DNA of 36,513 bases from a virus. Lineage: Duplodnaviria > Caudoviricetes. The stretch is from IMG/VR virus record IMGVR_UViG_3300049844_000214, positions 1 to 36,513 of that record; one strand, written 5' to 3'. Positions 24,010 to 34,419 of the stretch are shown here, in pieces; the stretch's first letter is position 1; the number at the start of each line of letters is the position of its first letter. Below the pieces are notes generated by a model. The model saw only the letters and a program-made list of their open reading frames with translations, had not been told where the DNA came from and made no database searches. A program made the position numbers and the translations under genes.

Positions 24010-25328
24010 TAGTATTTGTCTACAATAATTCTAGCTATTGAAAATTGTTCTAGACCTACTCGACACGAGCTTGTGGTCCCAGATGTTCTCTTTGCTATGA
24101 TTCTGATTGTAACAGTTGTCGTAGATCCAAGCGTAAATGACCCCACCGCTACACCACGAGAAATATTTTGAGTGCCGTTAGCACCAAACTCACCCATGGC
24201 AAAACTCATGTCAGCTGTAGTCCCAGTTGTCGACATTGCAAAAGCGCATACGTCACTGCCAGAGTTATTGTAAAACTTCCATCCAGACAGGGTTACTCTA
24301 TATGTCCCCGCAGGGGCGTTTGTTAGTATTACGCTTGGTGTTTTTCCGTTTGCTGTAGCCCCACCTGTAACAGAAGGCGATACACACCCTGCGTTTGCAG
24401 AGAAATCTGAATAACTACTACTTGCGGTCGTGAAGTCACATGGAGTTGTATCGACATCAAATTTTAGAGTGCCGTATTCAGTAAACCCACCCGTTGCACT
24501 AGCTGTAAAAGTTAATACTCCACTGCCGTTTGTGGAAAGCAATTGGCCCGAACTTCCATCACTATTCGGCATCTCTAAAGCAGCAGCTCCGATCTTCACT
24601 TTACCAGTACCGTTAGCAACTAAGTTCAGGTGTCCATTGGTATCTGTAGCGCTAACGGTGTTACCGTTTAGTCTCAAGTTATCAACATCGAGTTGAGTGG
24701 CGCCCGCAATTTCACCCGTAGCAGCATGTGTAACTCCGCTACCATTTAGTACAACCTTACCAGTTCCGTTAGGGGTTACGGTAACATTGCCGTTCACATC
24801 AGTACTAGAAATAGTGTTAGCAGTCGCAGAAATGTTACCCGCATTGACGGTTGTCGTAGTTACTGATCCTGCAGAAAACTCACCACTGGCGCCTCTTTTC
24901 ACAATAGCGTTTGCAGTATTGGCACTCGTTGCAGCGTTCGCTAGTAACTCAGCCGCGTTGATATTCGCCGCACTAGAACCGCCAACCGAGTTAACTGTAA
25001 CCGCCCCAGTGTTTGCAAGCGTTGCATCTGCGCTCAAGTCAACCGGAGTGGCTACTGAGCTACCGTTACCTACATAAATCTTGCCGCTTGCAAGCGTTTC
25101 AGACAATGGGTTGTAATAAGTCGTGCCGTCATTAGACAGCTGAAGCTTATTCAGTGAATCGTTTGCCTTGATCTTAGGCCCGTTTTTAAACTCAATCGTT
25201 TGATCTGCGCTCGAACTGCGACCGATTAGAATCCTGTCTTCTACAAACTTCTGCGAAGCGCACGCTTGAAACCCAATTAGACCACCGAATATTGCTACTA
25301 AACTTACAATTAATGATTTTTCTTTCAT
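24009..25328 (-). CDS. Tail fibre-like protein with N-terminal signal-like peptide
   Basis: Fibre repeats (NTISSTDVNGNVTVTPNGTGKV and a second copy, DGSSGQLLSTNGSGVLTF); hydrophobic N-terminus. Confidence 0.7.
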   Translation of the reverse strand: MKEKSLIVSLVAIFGGLIGFQACASQKFVEDRILIGRSSSADQTIEFKNGPKIKANDSLNKLQLSNDGTTYYNPLSETLASGKIYVGNGSSVATPVDLSADATLANTGAVTVNSVGGSSAANINAAELLANAATSANTANAIVKRGASGEFSAGSVTTTTVNAGNISATANTISSTDVNGNVTVTPNGTGKVVLNGSGVTHAATGEIAGATQLDVDNLRLNGNTVSATDTNGHLNLVANGTGKVKIGAAALEMPNSDGSSGQLLSTNGSGVLTFTASATGGFTEYGTLKFDVDTTPCDFTTASSSYSDFSANAGCVSPSVTGGATANGKTPSVILTNAPAGTYRVTLSGWKFYNNSGSDVCAFAMSTTGTTADMSFAMGEFGANGTQNISRGVAVGSFTLGSTTTVTIRIIAKRTSGTTSSCRVGLEQFSIARIIVDKY

Positions 25329-25329
25329 A

Positions 25330-25791
25330 TTATACTCCGAATAGTGTTTGTGGACCGTATCTGAAAACTCCTGTACCAGTGTAATTTGCGCCAGCTATGT
25401 TTGTACTTGTATACTGAATCTGTCCTCCTGCTGTAACGCTAAATTCAATCCCGGCGTCGTCACCCACTGATGTAAACGAATACCTCCAAGTTGCATCAGC
25501 GAAGTCATAGAACATGTAAAGAGTGCCGGTCTCATAGAGATCACTAGCCGCTGTGTCTGTTTTTCTTTTGATGTAAACACCGATATGAACTGCCTGATAT
25601 GTTGCAGACGAAAATACTAGCCCAGTTACGTTAGCAGCTGCTACTTGGTTATTCGCTAATGCGAATGAAAGAGTTGTGCCGTCGACATAGCTCTTTGGAG
25701 TTAAGTCATCAGGCAGGGTTGGAGTGCCAGGCGCCGGTAGCGTCGGAGTTGTGAATAATGTGTTGAAATCGAATTTTCTTATACCGCTCAT
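25330..25791 (-). CDS. Putative tail fibre or tail-tip protein
   Basis: TPKSYVD fibre motif; beta-rich. Confidence 0.6.
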   Translation of the reverse strand: MSGIRKFDFNTLFTTPTLPAPGTPTLPDDLTPKSYVDGTTLSFALANNQVAAANVTGLVFSSATYQAVHIGVYIKRKTDTAASDLYETGTLYMFYDFADATWRYSFTSVGDDAGIEFSVTAGGQIQYTSTNIAGANYTGTGVFRYGPQTLFGV

Positions 25792-25800
25792 CTAACCCCC

Positions 25801-27969
25801 TCAGAAATCACTTGAGAATATATTGACTGGCTTAATGTCGTCAGTAGTCAATGTAACCTCGTTTTTGCCTTTGTCTATACCCACAATTATACCGTCAATG
25901 TTTCGAGTCGTCCCCGCCTCGTAAACAAACCCAGGTAGCTTCTCTGCGCTGATCCTTACAGTATTATTGAGCACTTCACTGAATGCCTCAATAGGTGCCG
26001 TAACGGTTAGAATCCCTCTTCGCATACAAAAGAGAATCTCCATTCTATTAAAGATTTCTTGTGCTTCACCGTCAGAAAGCAAGAACGTCTCTACTTCTTT
26101 TTCTTTAGATAGCTGATGAAGCGTTTGAAAATTAATAACCTCTACAGGCGTAGAATCGCTCGTATTGATTATTTTCCAGGCGGCTCTTGAATCTAGTATG
26201 CCTCTCTCTGAGTATTTGTATTTCAACCTAAGATACTTGTAGGCATCTTTAAATGTCGTTTCAAACTGTATGGAATCATTTCTATTGACGTATTGTGTTA
26301 GCTCTTTGTCTGTACTCGAGTTGAACGTCGTTGGCTTTACTCTGGCTATTGACCATTTAAGATCTTCATCTAGGTAGATCCTTGTAAGTGTAGACTGAAA
26401 TATTTTCTCCAGTAACTCTCTATATGTCGGCATCGTACCGTTCGTGTCGTAAGGTATCTTAAAACCTAACTCTAGTACTTGCTCAGCTTCAAGTGCTGTG
26501 AACGATGCTCCATTGATCTCTGTTATTCCCGCTTGATCTAAAAACAGATACACAAGCGAAACGTGATCGGTATTTGTGCCGTATGTGGTTGATATAGTGC
26601 CAAACGCGCCGCCGTTAGTTGGCCTATTAGTAGTCCCGTATACGTGCTCAGCAATAACTGTGTCAGAAGGTTCAAGCGGTGTACTCATCCCCACGTTAGC
26701 TTCGAAGTTATTCACAAATTGAATCATCGTGTGAGGTATTCCAGTGAGAGTATCGGGTGTCGTGTAGTCACGATTGAAATAGCAAAGATATGGCGTGCCC
26801 TGATGAATAACTGTGATTCTACTTACTCGCCCCGTTTTTACGGTATCACCAGTCGACGCTGCACCTGCTCCGAGTGCTGCGTGCTCTATGTAGTTATTCC
26901 CGGTATATTGAACATCAGTTACAATTCTCCACTCGTCGGCAGCCTTGTCTAGCCAAACCGTATCGCCAATAATAAACCCAGTTGCATCGTCAACATATGT
27001 TCTAGTAGTGGTTGACGTTGGCGATGCTGGCACGGTAGCAAGTTTCCAAACTCCTGTGCCGCTAGTGCCGTCCTTGAGTGATGAACCAAGACACACGCCC
27101 CACTTGCGATTAGTGCTAGTGCTAACGTCTTGAAAGTTTACGTTTGTAGCTGGAATGTTTCTAGAGAACCCGTAAACTTGCGGGATCCATATACCGTCCT
27201 TAGCTGGGTCTACTACTCCAATTGTGGGCGCAATGTCAGAGTTACCAGTATAATATTTTGCGTATATATCGTCATCTGTGAATATCGTCTTTTCTAACTC
27301 TTGGACCTCGAAGAATGTTTTTATTGAAATACTTTTCTGTGTCCATGTGACGTCACCAAGTTTGCCTCTGAATATTTTTCTGATATTTGAAACATCGTCA
27401 CTGCCTACCTGATGGTAAATCTCGATAGCTCCGTTATTGAATGAAACATACTCATTCATGAACTGATTAAACCACTGATCGGCGTTGTTGATGTTGAGCC
27501 CACTACTAGTAATTGAAAAGAACCCGTTTTGAACATCCTCTATAGACTGATTTACAATCGGTAGTTTAATCAAATAAGGCTTGTAATATACCGTGCCAGA
27601 AGCTGTATCGGTTGGCGTTCGATACCAGTACTTTGCAGTATTAGACAAAAACATCTTTACCGTAAACGTAGCAAGCCCTGAGTAAAATGCGGTTAACCCT
27701 ACTGGGCCACCTGTGAAATTGAAATAGAGTAGCTTATTCTCTTCGTCTACAAAGTGCTTATAGGTAGACCCGTCGATTGAGTCTCTGTTTGGAGCAAGAG
27801 TTAGGTTCTCAATTCTATCTCCATATGGCCATGGCTTATAATAAACGTTTGCGTAAGGAGAACCACTGTATGCAGTCCAGCCCGTGTCGTCGTCAGCCCA
27901 TCTGAGATTAAGAATCACATAGCTTGTGACTTGCGCTCTATTTGTCTCAATCTCTGTTAGGTAACTCAT
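25801..27969 (-). CDS. Putative tail tip/hub protein
   Basis: 722 aa, downstream of the tape measure; IPQVYG motif. Confidence 0.7.
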   Translation of the reverse strand: MSYLTEIETNRAQVTSYVILNLRWADDDTGWTAYSGSPYANVYYKPWPYGDRIENLTLAPNRDSIDGSTYKHFVDEENKLLYFNFTGGPVGLTAFYSGLATFTVKMFLSNTAKYWYRTPTDTASGTVYYKPYLIKLPIVNQSIEDVQNGFFSITSSGLNINNADQWFNQFMNEYVSFNNGAIEIYHQVGSDDVSNIRKIFRGKLGDVTWTQKSISIKTFFEVQELEKTIFTDDDIYAKYYTGNSDIAPTIGVVDPAKDGIWIPQVYGFSRNIPATNVNFQDVSTSTNRKWGVCLGSSLKDGTSGTGVWKLATVPASPTSTTTRTYVDDATGFIIGDTVWLDKAADEWRIVTDVQYTGNNYIEHAALGAGAASTGDTVKTGRVSRITVIHQGTPYLCYFNRDYTTPDTLTGIPHTMIQFVNNFEANVGMSTPLEPSDTVIAEHVYGTTNRPTNGGAFGTISTTYGTNTDHVSLVYLFLDQAGITEINGASFTALEAEQVLELGFKIPYDTNGTMPTYRELLEKIFQSTLTRIYLDEDLKWSIARVKPTTFNSSTDKELTQYVNRNDSIQFETTFKDAYKYLRLKYKYSERGILDSRAAWKIINTSDSTPVEVINFQTLHQLSKEKEVETFLLSDGEAQEIFNRMEILFCMRRGILTVTAPIEAFSEVLNNTVRISAEKLPGFVYEAGTTRNIDGIIVGIDKGKNEVTLTTDDIKPVNIFSSDF

Positions 27970-28436
27970 AGTGGGCTAGTGATGAAGCTACATGTGTATG
28001 GTGTTTTGTATAGTTGAATGGTTGTCTGAGGAGTTAGATATACGGGATCATAAACGTCTTGCACCCAAGCTATGTATGAGTCCGAAGTGAACGTAGGCCC
28101 GTTAACGTAAAGAACTAGATGATATACTTCTGAAGCCACAAGAGAAATATCAGTAGAGAACTCAAAATAGATACTCGAATAACTATTTGCAACGCCATTT
28201 GCGATATTCGCCTTTGTCTGTGAATTACTACTTGTCGCGATAAGAACGCCAGGCAATCCAGCCCTATCACCATAGACTCTAGCTTGTACTGAAGTATAGC
28301 TTGGATCACCGTACTGTATTACCGTAACCCTTAGGGCTTTCAACAAGCAGTTTTCATCGGGCGTGAATTTCTGTGCAACTGTCGTCGCTTGGGCCTCGGC
28401 CGTTGTGTATGGCCTACCGTACACGTAAGCGCTCAT
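27966..28436 (-). CDS. Putative tail protein
   Basis: Beta-sandwich pattern (AQKFTP...D..G.PG..IATS) within the tail operon. Confidence 0.6.
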   Translation of the reverse strand: MSAYVYGRPYTTAEAQATTVAQKFTPDENCLLKALRVTVIQYGDPSYTSVQARVYGDRAGLPGVLIATSSNSQTKANIANGVANSYSSIYFEFSTDISLVASEVYHLVLYVNGPTFTSDSYIAWVQDVYDPVYLTPQTTIQLYKTPYTCSFITSPL

Positions 28437-29548
28437 AGCTCCTCCGCCACATCTATCTTGACGTTGAATATATTGGGTCTTGTTAGTGCTATTCTTGGAG
28501 ACGAATCAAACCGAACGAATCTGACGTAACGATTGACTGAGCTAGAGAACACTTCGTTCTTGTCGATGATAATGTAAAACGGTTTATGTACACCGAAGAG
28601 ATCGAACATCTCTCGAAGCTGCTCGACGTCTTCTTTCGAAAGAAAGGCAAAGTCTAAACCGAATTTAGATGTCTTTGGTTTAATATCAGAGAACGCCTGA
28701 CCGCCTTCCGAGAAAACCACGTCTGTTCTATCGATAAGACTATACTCAAGCGGGAATTGCGCTTTACCAGTCGTGAACTCCTCGTACTCACCCAAGAAGA
28801 TGGTTGATGCTTCGATGTAGCCGTTAGGATTTTGATCTTCTATTTTGAGGCGCCAATACCTAAGCCCGCCACTAGTATAGAACCCAGTGTCAGACTGTAG
28901 AAATATAACCTCATCATCGTTTGTTAACGCTTGTGAATAATTGGGCGACGTCCACTCATCCGTTACGTTACCTTGTAGCGTCAAAATAGCTGAGTCAGAT
29001 AGCTTCATCGCCTGGTTACGAATGCCAGACATGCAAAACGCTGTGGGGTTAGTCTCGACTCCGAAGTCCCAGGTCATGAACTCATACTGAGCTATGCGAA
29101 CATAGTCACCAATATAACTAGTAGCGCCAGTCCTATTAGTGGCGGCAAAACCAAGCACATCATAGGCAGTAGAGCCTACATCTGCCATTTTCAAATTAAA
29201 AGTCCCGAGTGAAGAGGCTATCTGAATGCGCTTAGTTGATGTCTGTGTGACTGTGTAGGTGCCGGCACCCTGATCTTCGAGCGCAGTCTTCACAGCAGCT
29301 AGAAACGTCGTAACTGACGTGTATTCAGCTACGGCAATAGTAGCAGTGAAATCGCTACCGCCTTCATTGAAAACAATACCGCGATTAGAAGTAGTAATGT
29401 TCCAATAGCCTTGAGTACGCCAAACCTTCGTTCGTGGTCTTGTCGTGTCAACATTGCTTCCTGGGAATGTGGTAATCTCTGAAGACGGCGTTCTTGCATT
29501 CACGAACTCTACATCTGACCATGCTTTAGTACAAAATCTAATGCACAT
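28433..29548 (-). CDS. Putative distal tail protein
   Basis: Immediately after the tape measure; C-terminal ..AEEL. Confidence 0.65.
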   Translation of the reverse strand: MCIRFCTKAWSDVEFVNARTPSSEITTFPGSNVDTTRPRTKVWRTQGYWNITTSNRGIVFNEGGSDFTATIAVAEYTSVTTFLAAVKTALEDQGAGTYTVTQTSTKRIQIASSLGTFNLKMADVGSTAYDVLGFAATNRTGATSYIGDYVRIAQYEFMTWDFGVETNPTAFCMSGIRNQAMKLSDSAILTLQGNVTDEWTSPNYSQALTNDDEVIFLQSDTGFYTSGGLRYWRLKIEDQNPNGYIEASTIFLGEYEEFTTGKAQFPLEYSLIDRTDVVFSEGGQAFSDIKPKTSKFGLDFAFLSKEDVEQLREMFDLFGVHKPFYIIIDKNEVFSSSVNRYVRFVRFDSSPRIALTRPNIFNVKIDVAEEL

Positions 29549-31828
29549 CTAGGCCGTCCTAAATCCTTGGCGGTTGAGGTTTAGTATCACGCTGGCTAGC
29601 TCTTGCTCACCGACTATTAAATTAACAGATAGATTCTGTGATCCACCCTGACCACCTAAAAACTGTTCTAGTTGAGATGATAGGTCTTTAGATAAAATCT
29701 GTTCACCTGCGGATACTCGTGCGATAGCGCGATCGTTCTCAAACTTACCTAGGTCAGGTATTCGACCACCTTCGGCGAACCCAAGGCCCAAGAACCCGCC
29801 GCCTCCGAATAGTCCGCCACCACCGCCGGGCTTACCGCCACTGACTGCATTTGATATTCCTTCACCACCAGGTAAAGCAGAAATCAAAGCATCAACGAAA
29901 CGGTCTGCGCCCCTGATAAGTTCATCAATAAAAGTCTGTGCCGCTATGATATAAATTTGAGGCAGGTTCTGAATCAAAGATTGAAAGATATCAGGTAGCG
30001 CTTTTATGATAGCGAGTTGAAATTTTATTGTCAGTGTTGGGTCGCTAACTATCTTGGCAAACGCAGCTGAAAGTTGTTCTGCTACTTCAGGCAAACGATT
30101 TGTAAGCTTAATGAACCCTTGAATTAAAATATCTGGCAGTCGATCAGTAACTAAAATAAAAGCATCAATGAGTCCGACCACTAGGTCAGGCAAAGAATTT
30201 ATTAATGCCTCTATGAACGCAGGCACCGCTAGCACTATATTTTTCAGCACGTTAGGAATCTCTGTCAGAAAAGCCTGTATTTGAGCTTTCACTAGCTCTG
30301 GGCCTTGTGCGAAGAAACTAAACATCTGTTGAACAGCTTCGCCGACTACTGGTAACCCAGTGAGAAAATTAGCCGCGGCCCCTGCAATACTTGCTACAAA
30401 GTCAGCTGCTCCGGCCGCACCCTTTTGAACAGAAGCGAAAAACCCCTTGGTTGCCGTTGCAAGCCCCACCACAGCATCCTTAATTGGGGCTATTGCAGAT
30501 TGGATGCCTGAAGCAAACCCACCTAGGCTTGAGTTAACCTCCGGTGTAATACTTAAAACTAGCGCAATTGTAGTGGCTTTTGATGCTTTAGATAGTTCGT
30601 CTTTTACATCTGCAAACGAATCAATGATCTGCTTATTGTTCTGCCTTATTCCTTCAGCAGCCTTTTGTGAGCTTCTAAGCTGTTTTTCTGCTGAGCTAAC
30701 AAACGCTTCTGTAGTTACTCGTATCTGAGATACTAGTTTCTTTCGCTCTTCTCTTGTTTTTTCAATCTCTATCGATTCGTTCTTTAATGCTTCAATGCTT
30801 AGTTTAGAGTTCTTAACTAGATCTTCATTGCCTGTTAGTTTACCAAAAGCTATTTGAAGTAAGTTCACACCTGCCGCAGCTGCAGTGAATGTCTGGTTTG
30901 TTTCTGCTATGGTGTCTACTATTAATTCTAAACCGCCAACTATTGACGGAATGATGTTGAGTAAACCTATCAGCGCTTCGTTTACAAACTTGCGTATGGT
31001 GCTAGCGTTTTCTGCGATTATTCTTTCAAGTTCACCAAAGAACTTAGATGCTGAATTAACTACAAGTATTACGCCTTCATTCTTGGTAACTAAAAACCCC
31101 AACTCTTTAGTTGTATCGTTGATAGCGTTTCTAAGTTGCGTTGTGGCGCCACTGAATGTCTGAAGCTGAGCCGAGGCTCTACCGCCAAACCTAGACTCAA
31201 GTACAGAAAGAGTGTTAGCAAAAGTCTCGGCATCGGTTGCGCCTTTTCTAATCTCAATGCCGTACTTCTTGAATGTCCCAATCTCACCCTCTGCGGCCTT
31301 ACCTACTAGTCGAGCAGCTGACTCAAGGTCAATACTAAGAGCCGCAGCTAAATCCGCAGACGCTTGCGTGGCTTGTTTTAGGCCTGTCTCAGATAGTCCA
31401 CTCAGCGACTCAATAAGAGCGCCTGCTGAAAGGATAGCATCGTCAGAGAACTTACTTGATGCCTCTAGTGAGTTAGCGAACGCTTCAAAATCAGCTGACG
31501 CTTGCTCGGAGAAATTACCCGAACCAGCTAATGCCGAATTAAGCTGATTTAGAGCATCTTCATACGCTATGGCCTCTTGAATGCCAGACGAAAAGGCGTC
31601 TTTTAATGCAGAAAACCCGCTCTGAATTACACTCGCTGATAAGAACCCTGCTGCCGTTGTGCCTATGTTTTTTAAGGTGTTCGCAAACCCAGAGATACTT
31701 GAATCTGTTTTCTTGGCTTGATCGCTTATACTTTTAAATGAATTAGTAGCTACTTTTTGAAAGTCTTGAAATTCTTTAAGGGCCTTATTAAGATTCGCCG
31801 CTATGTCTATTGTGATATCAGCGGCCAC
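29549..31828 (-). CDS. Tail tape measure protein
   Basis: 759 aa, Ala/Ser-rich and helical, with amphipathic LP repeats and a GFAEGG motif; follows the chaperone. Confidence 0.9.
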   Translation of the reverse strand: MAADITIDIAANLNKALKEFQDFQKVATNSFKSISDQAKKTDSSISGFANTLKNIGTTAAGFLSASVIQSGFSALKDAFSSGIQEAIAYEDALNQLNSALAGSGNFSEQASADFEAFANSLEASSKFSDDAILSAGALIESLSGLSETGLKQATQASADLAAALSIDLESAARLVGKAAEGEIGTFKKYGIEIRKGATDAETFANTLSVLESRFGGRASAQLQTFSGATTQLRNAINDTTKELGFLVTKNEGVILVVNSASKFFGELERIIAENASTIRKFVNEALIGLLNIIPSIVGGLELIVDTIAETNQTFTAAAAGVNLLQIAFGKLTGNEDLVKNSKLSIEALKNESIEIEKTREERKKLVSQIRVTTEAFVSSAEKQLRSSQKAAEGIRQNNKQIIDSFADVKDELSKASKATTIALVLSITPEVNSSLGGFASGIQSAIAPIKDAVVGLATATKGFFASVQKGAAGAADFVASIAGAAANFLTGLPVVGEAVQQMFSFFAQGPELVKAQIQAFLTEIPNVLKNIVLAVPAFIEALINSLPDLVVGLIDAFILVTDRLPDILIQGFIKLTNRLPEVAEQLSAAFAKIVSDPTLTIKFQLAIIKALPDIFQSLIQNLPQIYIIAAQTFIDELIRGADRFVDALISALPGGEGISNAVSGGKPGGGGGLFGGGGFLGLGFAEGGRIPDLGKFENDRAIARVSAGEQILSKDLSSQLEQFLGGQGGSQNLSVNLIVGEQELASVILNLNRQGFRTA

Positions 31829-32057
31829 GTCGAGACTTCCTTTCTTCGACTTTGCGTTCCTTAGCTATCTGATCTTCAATGATCCGAAACGCATTCGCTC
31901 TAAAGTTATCTAGTCTATCTCCGTCGAACGTGTATCCAAGATCCTTTAGAATCTTTCGACTCTCGTACTCAGACACTATCCAGTCGGCCTCGTTTCGACC
32001 CTTGAGCCCACGATAAGCCCAAGACGTTTGCTGACGAAGCGAGGCTTCTACTTTCCC
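31818..32057 (-). CDS. Tail assembly chaperone -1 frameshift extension (gpGT-like)
   Basis: G GGA AAG at 32057-32051 just before TAG. The -1 frame is open (KVEASLRQQTSWAYRG...RRGR*) to TGA 31818. Confidence 0.8.
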   Translation of the reverse strand, partial: GKVEASLRQQTSWAYRGLKGRNEADWIVSEYESRKILKDLGYTFDGDRLDNFRANAFRIIEDQIAKERKVEERKSRRGR

Positions 32058-32389
32058 AACCTGTCATCGCTACCTAAATACATGCTGGCGACCTCCATAA
32101 GGATTGGCCCGCCAAGTGACTTACTTGCATTTAGATCGTCAAACGATTTGAACTCTTGATCTTCGTACTTAAGAGCCACACCCTTGTAGAACTTCTTCGT
32201 CTCTACAATGATCTTAGACATAGCAAGTAGGCTATCAGAGTTATTCATCTGTGATGCGCCACCCATAACATCCATTTTACTCATTGCTATCAGTTCACAC
32301 TGAGTGGTGAAGAGTGGTTGTTCTAGCTCCATTGAACCAGACCATTTCGAACCCTCTTCTTTTACGCATTTAGGGACGTAATTCATCAT
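32048..32389 (-). CDS. Tail assembly chaperone (gpG-like)
   Basis: Between tail tube and tape measure; ends in GK at the slippery site. Confidence 0.8.
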   Translation of the reverse strand: MMNYVPKCVKEEGSKWSGSMELEQPLFTTQCELIAMSKMDVMGGASQMNNSDSLLAMSKIIVETKKFYKGVALKYEDQEFKSFDDLNASKSLGGPILMEVASMYLGSDDRLGK

Positions 32390-33915
32390 ACAAACCCTAA
32401 GTATACTTCGCCGTTACCGCTTGAATCAACGTGACCGCTGAAGCCTAGCTCTAGAGTTACGGTACCGTCTGCATCCGAGATAACGTGTGAGGTATAGACA
32501 ACTTCTGAACAGTAAAGAGCGCCTGCTTTACCAGCTGCCCAGTTACCATCTGAACTCTTTTCACCGAACGTGAACTGAAGTGCTCGGGTTGTAGAGCTAA
32601 CGAAGTCTTGAAACTTTTGAGCTTCATACGTTGGCAGTGTGATCGTTGCGCTACCCGAAACTGTTCTAGCACTTGCAACCGAACCGCTAACACCTGAGTC
32701 AGCACAAAGACTTGGGATCTTTGGTTTCTCAACAGACATCTCAAAACTAAACGCTTGAACACCTTCAGATACGCATGACGTCTCTGTGAAGTTACCAATG
32801 ATCAATTGCTGACTCTTCGCCACAATAGGGTTCGACCCATCTAGCGAAGGCGTGTATGGAGCGACAACCGAAATTGCGTTGTCTGAGGTATAAGTTAGGG
32901 AACCCGTATCGTCTGCAGCTGTACTGAAACCAATGAGTGCTCCGATAGTAGCAGCGGTGCCTGCTCCGGTATTCCACAAGAGGCTAAGTGTAGTGCCAGT
33001 GCTTAGGAATGTGAACTTTCCAGTCGTGCTAGAATAAGTAACTGTGATCGTGTCAGCCGACAAAGCATCAATCTTAGATTGAATCTCTGCGGCTAGTTCG
33101 ATCGGAGAACGATACACCTTCTGAGTAATAAGCGCTTGAAAGGTGCTCGAAGAATCCGTGAAGTCTAACTTGTAGTTAGATGCAGTAACTTCTAGTGGGT
33201 GAAAATAAATCTTTGTGCCTTCGAGTTCAAAAGAAGCATTAATGAATTCGTTTGCAGTAGCTTCTAAAGACATAGAAGTAACTTGCATACCGGCACCTAG
33301 TTGTGGGGCACCTTCACCTCGGTAATCCCAAATGCTTAGGCTCGGATGACCCGAGTTAGTTGGCTTAAATGTCACACCCTTGCCAAGAGCCACACCTGAA
33401 GCAGGGGCCGCTGCCAGGTTGAAATTAATTGTGAGGTCATCGGTAGCAACACTCTTCACGCATCGGATCGAGTAACCGTTAGTGGCGTCCTTGATCATGA
33501 CTACATCACCACGGCTAAACTCAGCCCCGAAGCCTCCGCCTACTTTAAGTACAGCTGGGACTGTAGCAGAACCTGCAGTTGAAGCTGCAATCGTTGATCG
33601 TTCGGTTGATCTAACTGAAACTGATCCGAAGATTGATTCACAGAACAAATCATACTCTGGCTTCTGACCTTCAACTGAAGAGTGATTTAGGTAATGTGAA
33701 TAACTTGCAGTTGGGGCCTCTAATCCTTGAACAGCTTTAGCTTGCCCGATTGAGCCCTTGATTTCTGAGTTGGTAAGTGATTCAAAAGAACCCTCTAAAG
33801 AAAAGGCTCCGTCCTGAATTGAAACGGCTTGGTTGCCAGCGCTTGGGCTCACTGGAGTGCCTTCGGTCACTTCTTTTACGACAAACCATTTAGTGTTTCG
33901 TGTACTTAATGCCAT
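32386..33915 (-). CDS. Major tail (tube) protein with inserted domains
   Basis: N-terminal KEVTEGTP motif, AAGGAGG RBS and position upstream of the chaperone. Confidence 0.8.
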   Translation of the reverse strand: MALSTRNTKWFVVKEVTEGTPVSPSAGNQAVSIQDGAFSLEGSFESLTNSEIKGSIGQAKAVQGLEAPTASYSHYLNHSSVEGQKPEYDLFCESIFGSVSVRSTERSTIAASTAGSATVPAVLKVGGGFGAEFSRGDVVMIKDATNGYSIRCVKSVATDDLTINFNLAAAPASGVALGKGVTFKPTNSGHPSLSIWDYRGEGAPQLGAGMQVTSMSLEATANEFINASFELEGTKIYFHPLEVTASNYKLDFTDSSSTFQALITQKVYRSPIELAAEIQSKIDALSADTITVTYSSTTGKFTFLSTGTTLSLLWNTGAGTAATIGALIGFSTAADDTGSLTYTSDNAISVVAPYTPSLDGSNPIVAKSQQLIIGNFTETSCVSEGVQAFSFEMSVEKPKIPSLCADSGVSGSVASARTVSGSATITLPTYEAQKFQDFVSSTTRALQFTFGEKSSDGNWAAGKAGALYCSEVVYTSHVISDADGTVTLELGFSGHVDSSGNGEVYLGFV

Positions 33916-33960
33916 TTCATCCCCTCCTTGGGGTTACTTAATTCGAACCTTGAATTAAGA

Positions 33961-34419
33961 TCAGTTTATAAGTTCATAATACTCTAAATTGAAAATTCCG
34001 CGAATAGCAACATAGTTATCTTTTTCTCCGAACACGAACTCGACGCCACCGTCGTTCTGATATTCAAAGTTAACTACGTCTACTGAGCCAAGGTTTCGGA
34101 ATCCTTCGAAAGAATTCACTAACGACATGAAATCCTCAACCAAGCTTTTCTCTACCGAAGACCGTCCGCTCACATCTAATTGCTTCTTAAACTGCTTACG
34201 AGTAACCGATATGATCATGTCGCGACGCACGAAATATCTATTACAACCGATCTCTCGTTTCGAGTTTAGAGCTGGCCCAATAGCAAAACCGTAGCCTAAG
34301 GTAAGTTCTTTTTCTGAGTTCTGCTCAAGGCTATAAGGGTTAGTGATTCTCTCGTGTGACGTCAGCACTGACTCGATCTTAGTAATAATAGCGTCGTATG
34401 CAGTCGAGAGTGTACTCAT
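33961..34419 (-). CDS. Putative tail terminator/completion protein
   Basis: Size and position upstream of the tail tube. Confidence 0.55.
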   Translation of the reverse strand: MSTLSTAYDAIITKIESVLTSHERITNPYSLEQNSEKELTLGYGFAIGPALNSKREIGCNRYFVRRDMIISVTRKQFKKQLDVSGRSSVEKSLVEDFMSLVNSFEGFRNLGSVDVVNFEYQNDGGVEFVFGEKDNYVAIRGIFNLEYYELIN

